From: Haplodiscus bocki
Lineage: Eukaryota
Assembly (NCBI GenBank): GCA_965655095.1
Contig: OZ296652.1
Location: 103,664,001-103,728,000, forward strand
DNA length: 64,000 nt
Direction of reading: 5' to 3'
Below the pieces are notes generated by a model. It was not told the origin of the DNA, did no database searches, and saw only the letters and a program-made list of their open reading frames with translations. This document shows positions 62,914 to 64,000 of the stretch, in pieces (position 1 is the first letter of the stretch; each line of letters begins with the position of its first letter). Made by a program: the position numbers and the translations under genes.

Positions 62914-64000
62914 GCAATCTGTTCGTAGATAGTGTTTCAGACGACGAAAGATGTCCTAAACGATCTGCATTTGGAGAAACTGGAAATTAAATAAATTGAA
63001 ATGCTTTTTTTGCGATGAATCAGTTTTCGCCTTTTTTCCTTGCTTGCGGCATGTTGCATCTCAGATAGGCAAGCATCTGCGATATTAGTCCCACCTCCGA
63101 CTAAAATGTACGTTCAACGCTTGACTATGAAAATACGAAGAAAAAATCTCCAATTCATAACAGTCTGACTTCTACCGAATTTCTCAATCCGTCGAACCAA
63201 TTATTAGAATACAGGAACACATTGTCTTTATAACAAACAAACAACATCTTTCGAAATTTTAGGAATATACAGCGTGAATAAAGGCTGGAATTGAGGTCAT
63301 TATGAACGCCAGTCACATAAATGGACTACTTTTGAGGGCTCCATGTATGGCCATAAAAGATACTAATAGATAAGTACAAAAGAACAGAAGCATGCCAAAT
63401 TTCAAGGTTACAAAAACATTGTTTATTAATAAAAAGGAATTTCTAGGATGCTTCAGAGGGTTATAAATCCCCGAACTGGTATATTTCGATCTGAAGCACG
63501 TCGAATATGTGAGTTGAAACGAACTTGACATTTGTGAGGATTGAAGTAACAGGAAGTCCAATCAGGCGATCTAAAACATCAAATTGTTTTGCAAACCTGT
63601 GAAATCATTACACTTTTGTCAATATAAAAGACAAACCAAAGTCAAAACCGTCAAACAGACAAACTATGGAAAACTTCTGTCACCTAATGAACTGAATTTT
63701 TTAGTAAAGCAATAATTAGGTTATGACACTGGCAGTTTGTAAAGGAAAAAGTGTAAATGTTTGAGAATTAGTCTAAGTTTGTAAGAAAAAATTGACCAAT
63801 TTAGAACGTTACGAATGTCGCATTGTGGGCCTCAACATCTGAAGGCACATGTCAGGAGATATACCGCATCAATTGACCACCTTTTTATTAACATTAATAA
63901 TGAGTCTCTCAAAAAAATACAGATGAGTTGAAAATAGCTAAAGTTGGAGTTTCAGCTGCGAAGGGGGCCGTAGAGCACGAAAAACAATTGTCTGAGATTC

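Overview
AT-rich, repeat-dense eukaryotic (animal-like) genomic DNA; the taxon cannot be fixed from the sequence alone. One host gene is visible: the 3' part of a gel-forming-mucin-like gene on the + strand. It has nine exons (20936-41946, splice phases all consistent) encoding Cys-rich TIL/VWC-like modules, about 141 copies of an 8-aa GVPTPSTP repeat and a C-terminal 11-Cys cystine knot. Most of the remainder is transposon-derived. A decayed Ty3/Gypsy LTR retrotransposon (3092-15481) has lost its RT domain but has an unusual accessory region: an antisense, intron-containing gene resembling a hAT transposase with altered catalytic motifs, and a divergent sense ORF with tandem SIM-like motifs that runs through the PPT into the 3' LTR. 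Four solo LTRs with 5-bp TSDs from three families carry roughly 100-190 N-terminal codons of gag, or of a presumed gag, inside the LTR. The window also holds two nested 9-bp-TSD foldback/MULE-like elements, a tRNA-T-arm-like tandem array, several Gypsy remnants, and an unclassified insert (48236-~50550) with a duplicated CCAAT-YY1-TATA-Inr promoter upstream of a non-coding chain of stem-loops. All calls were made by eye; no searches or folding computations were run.
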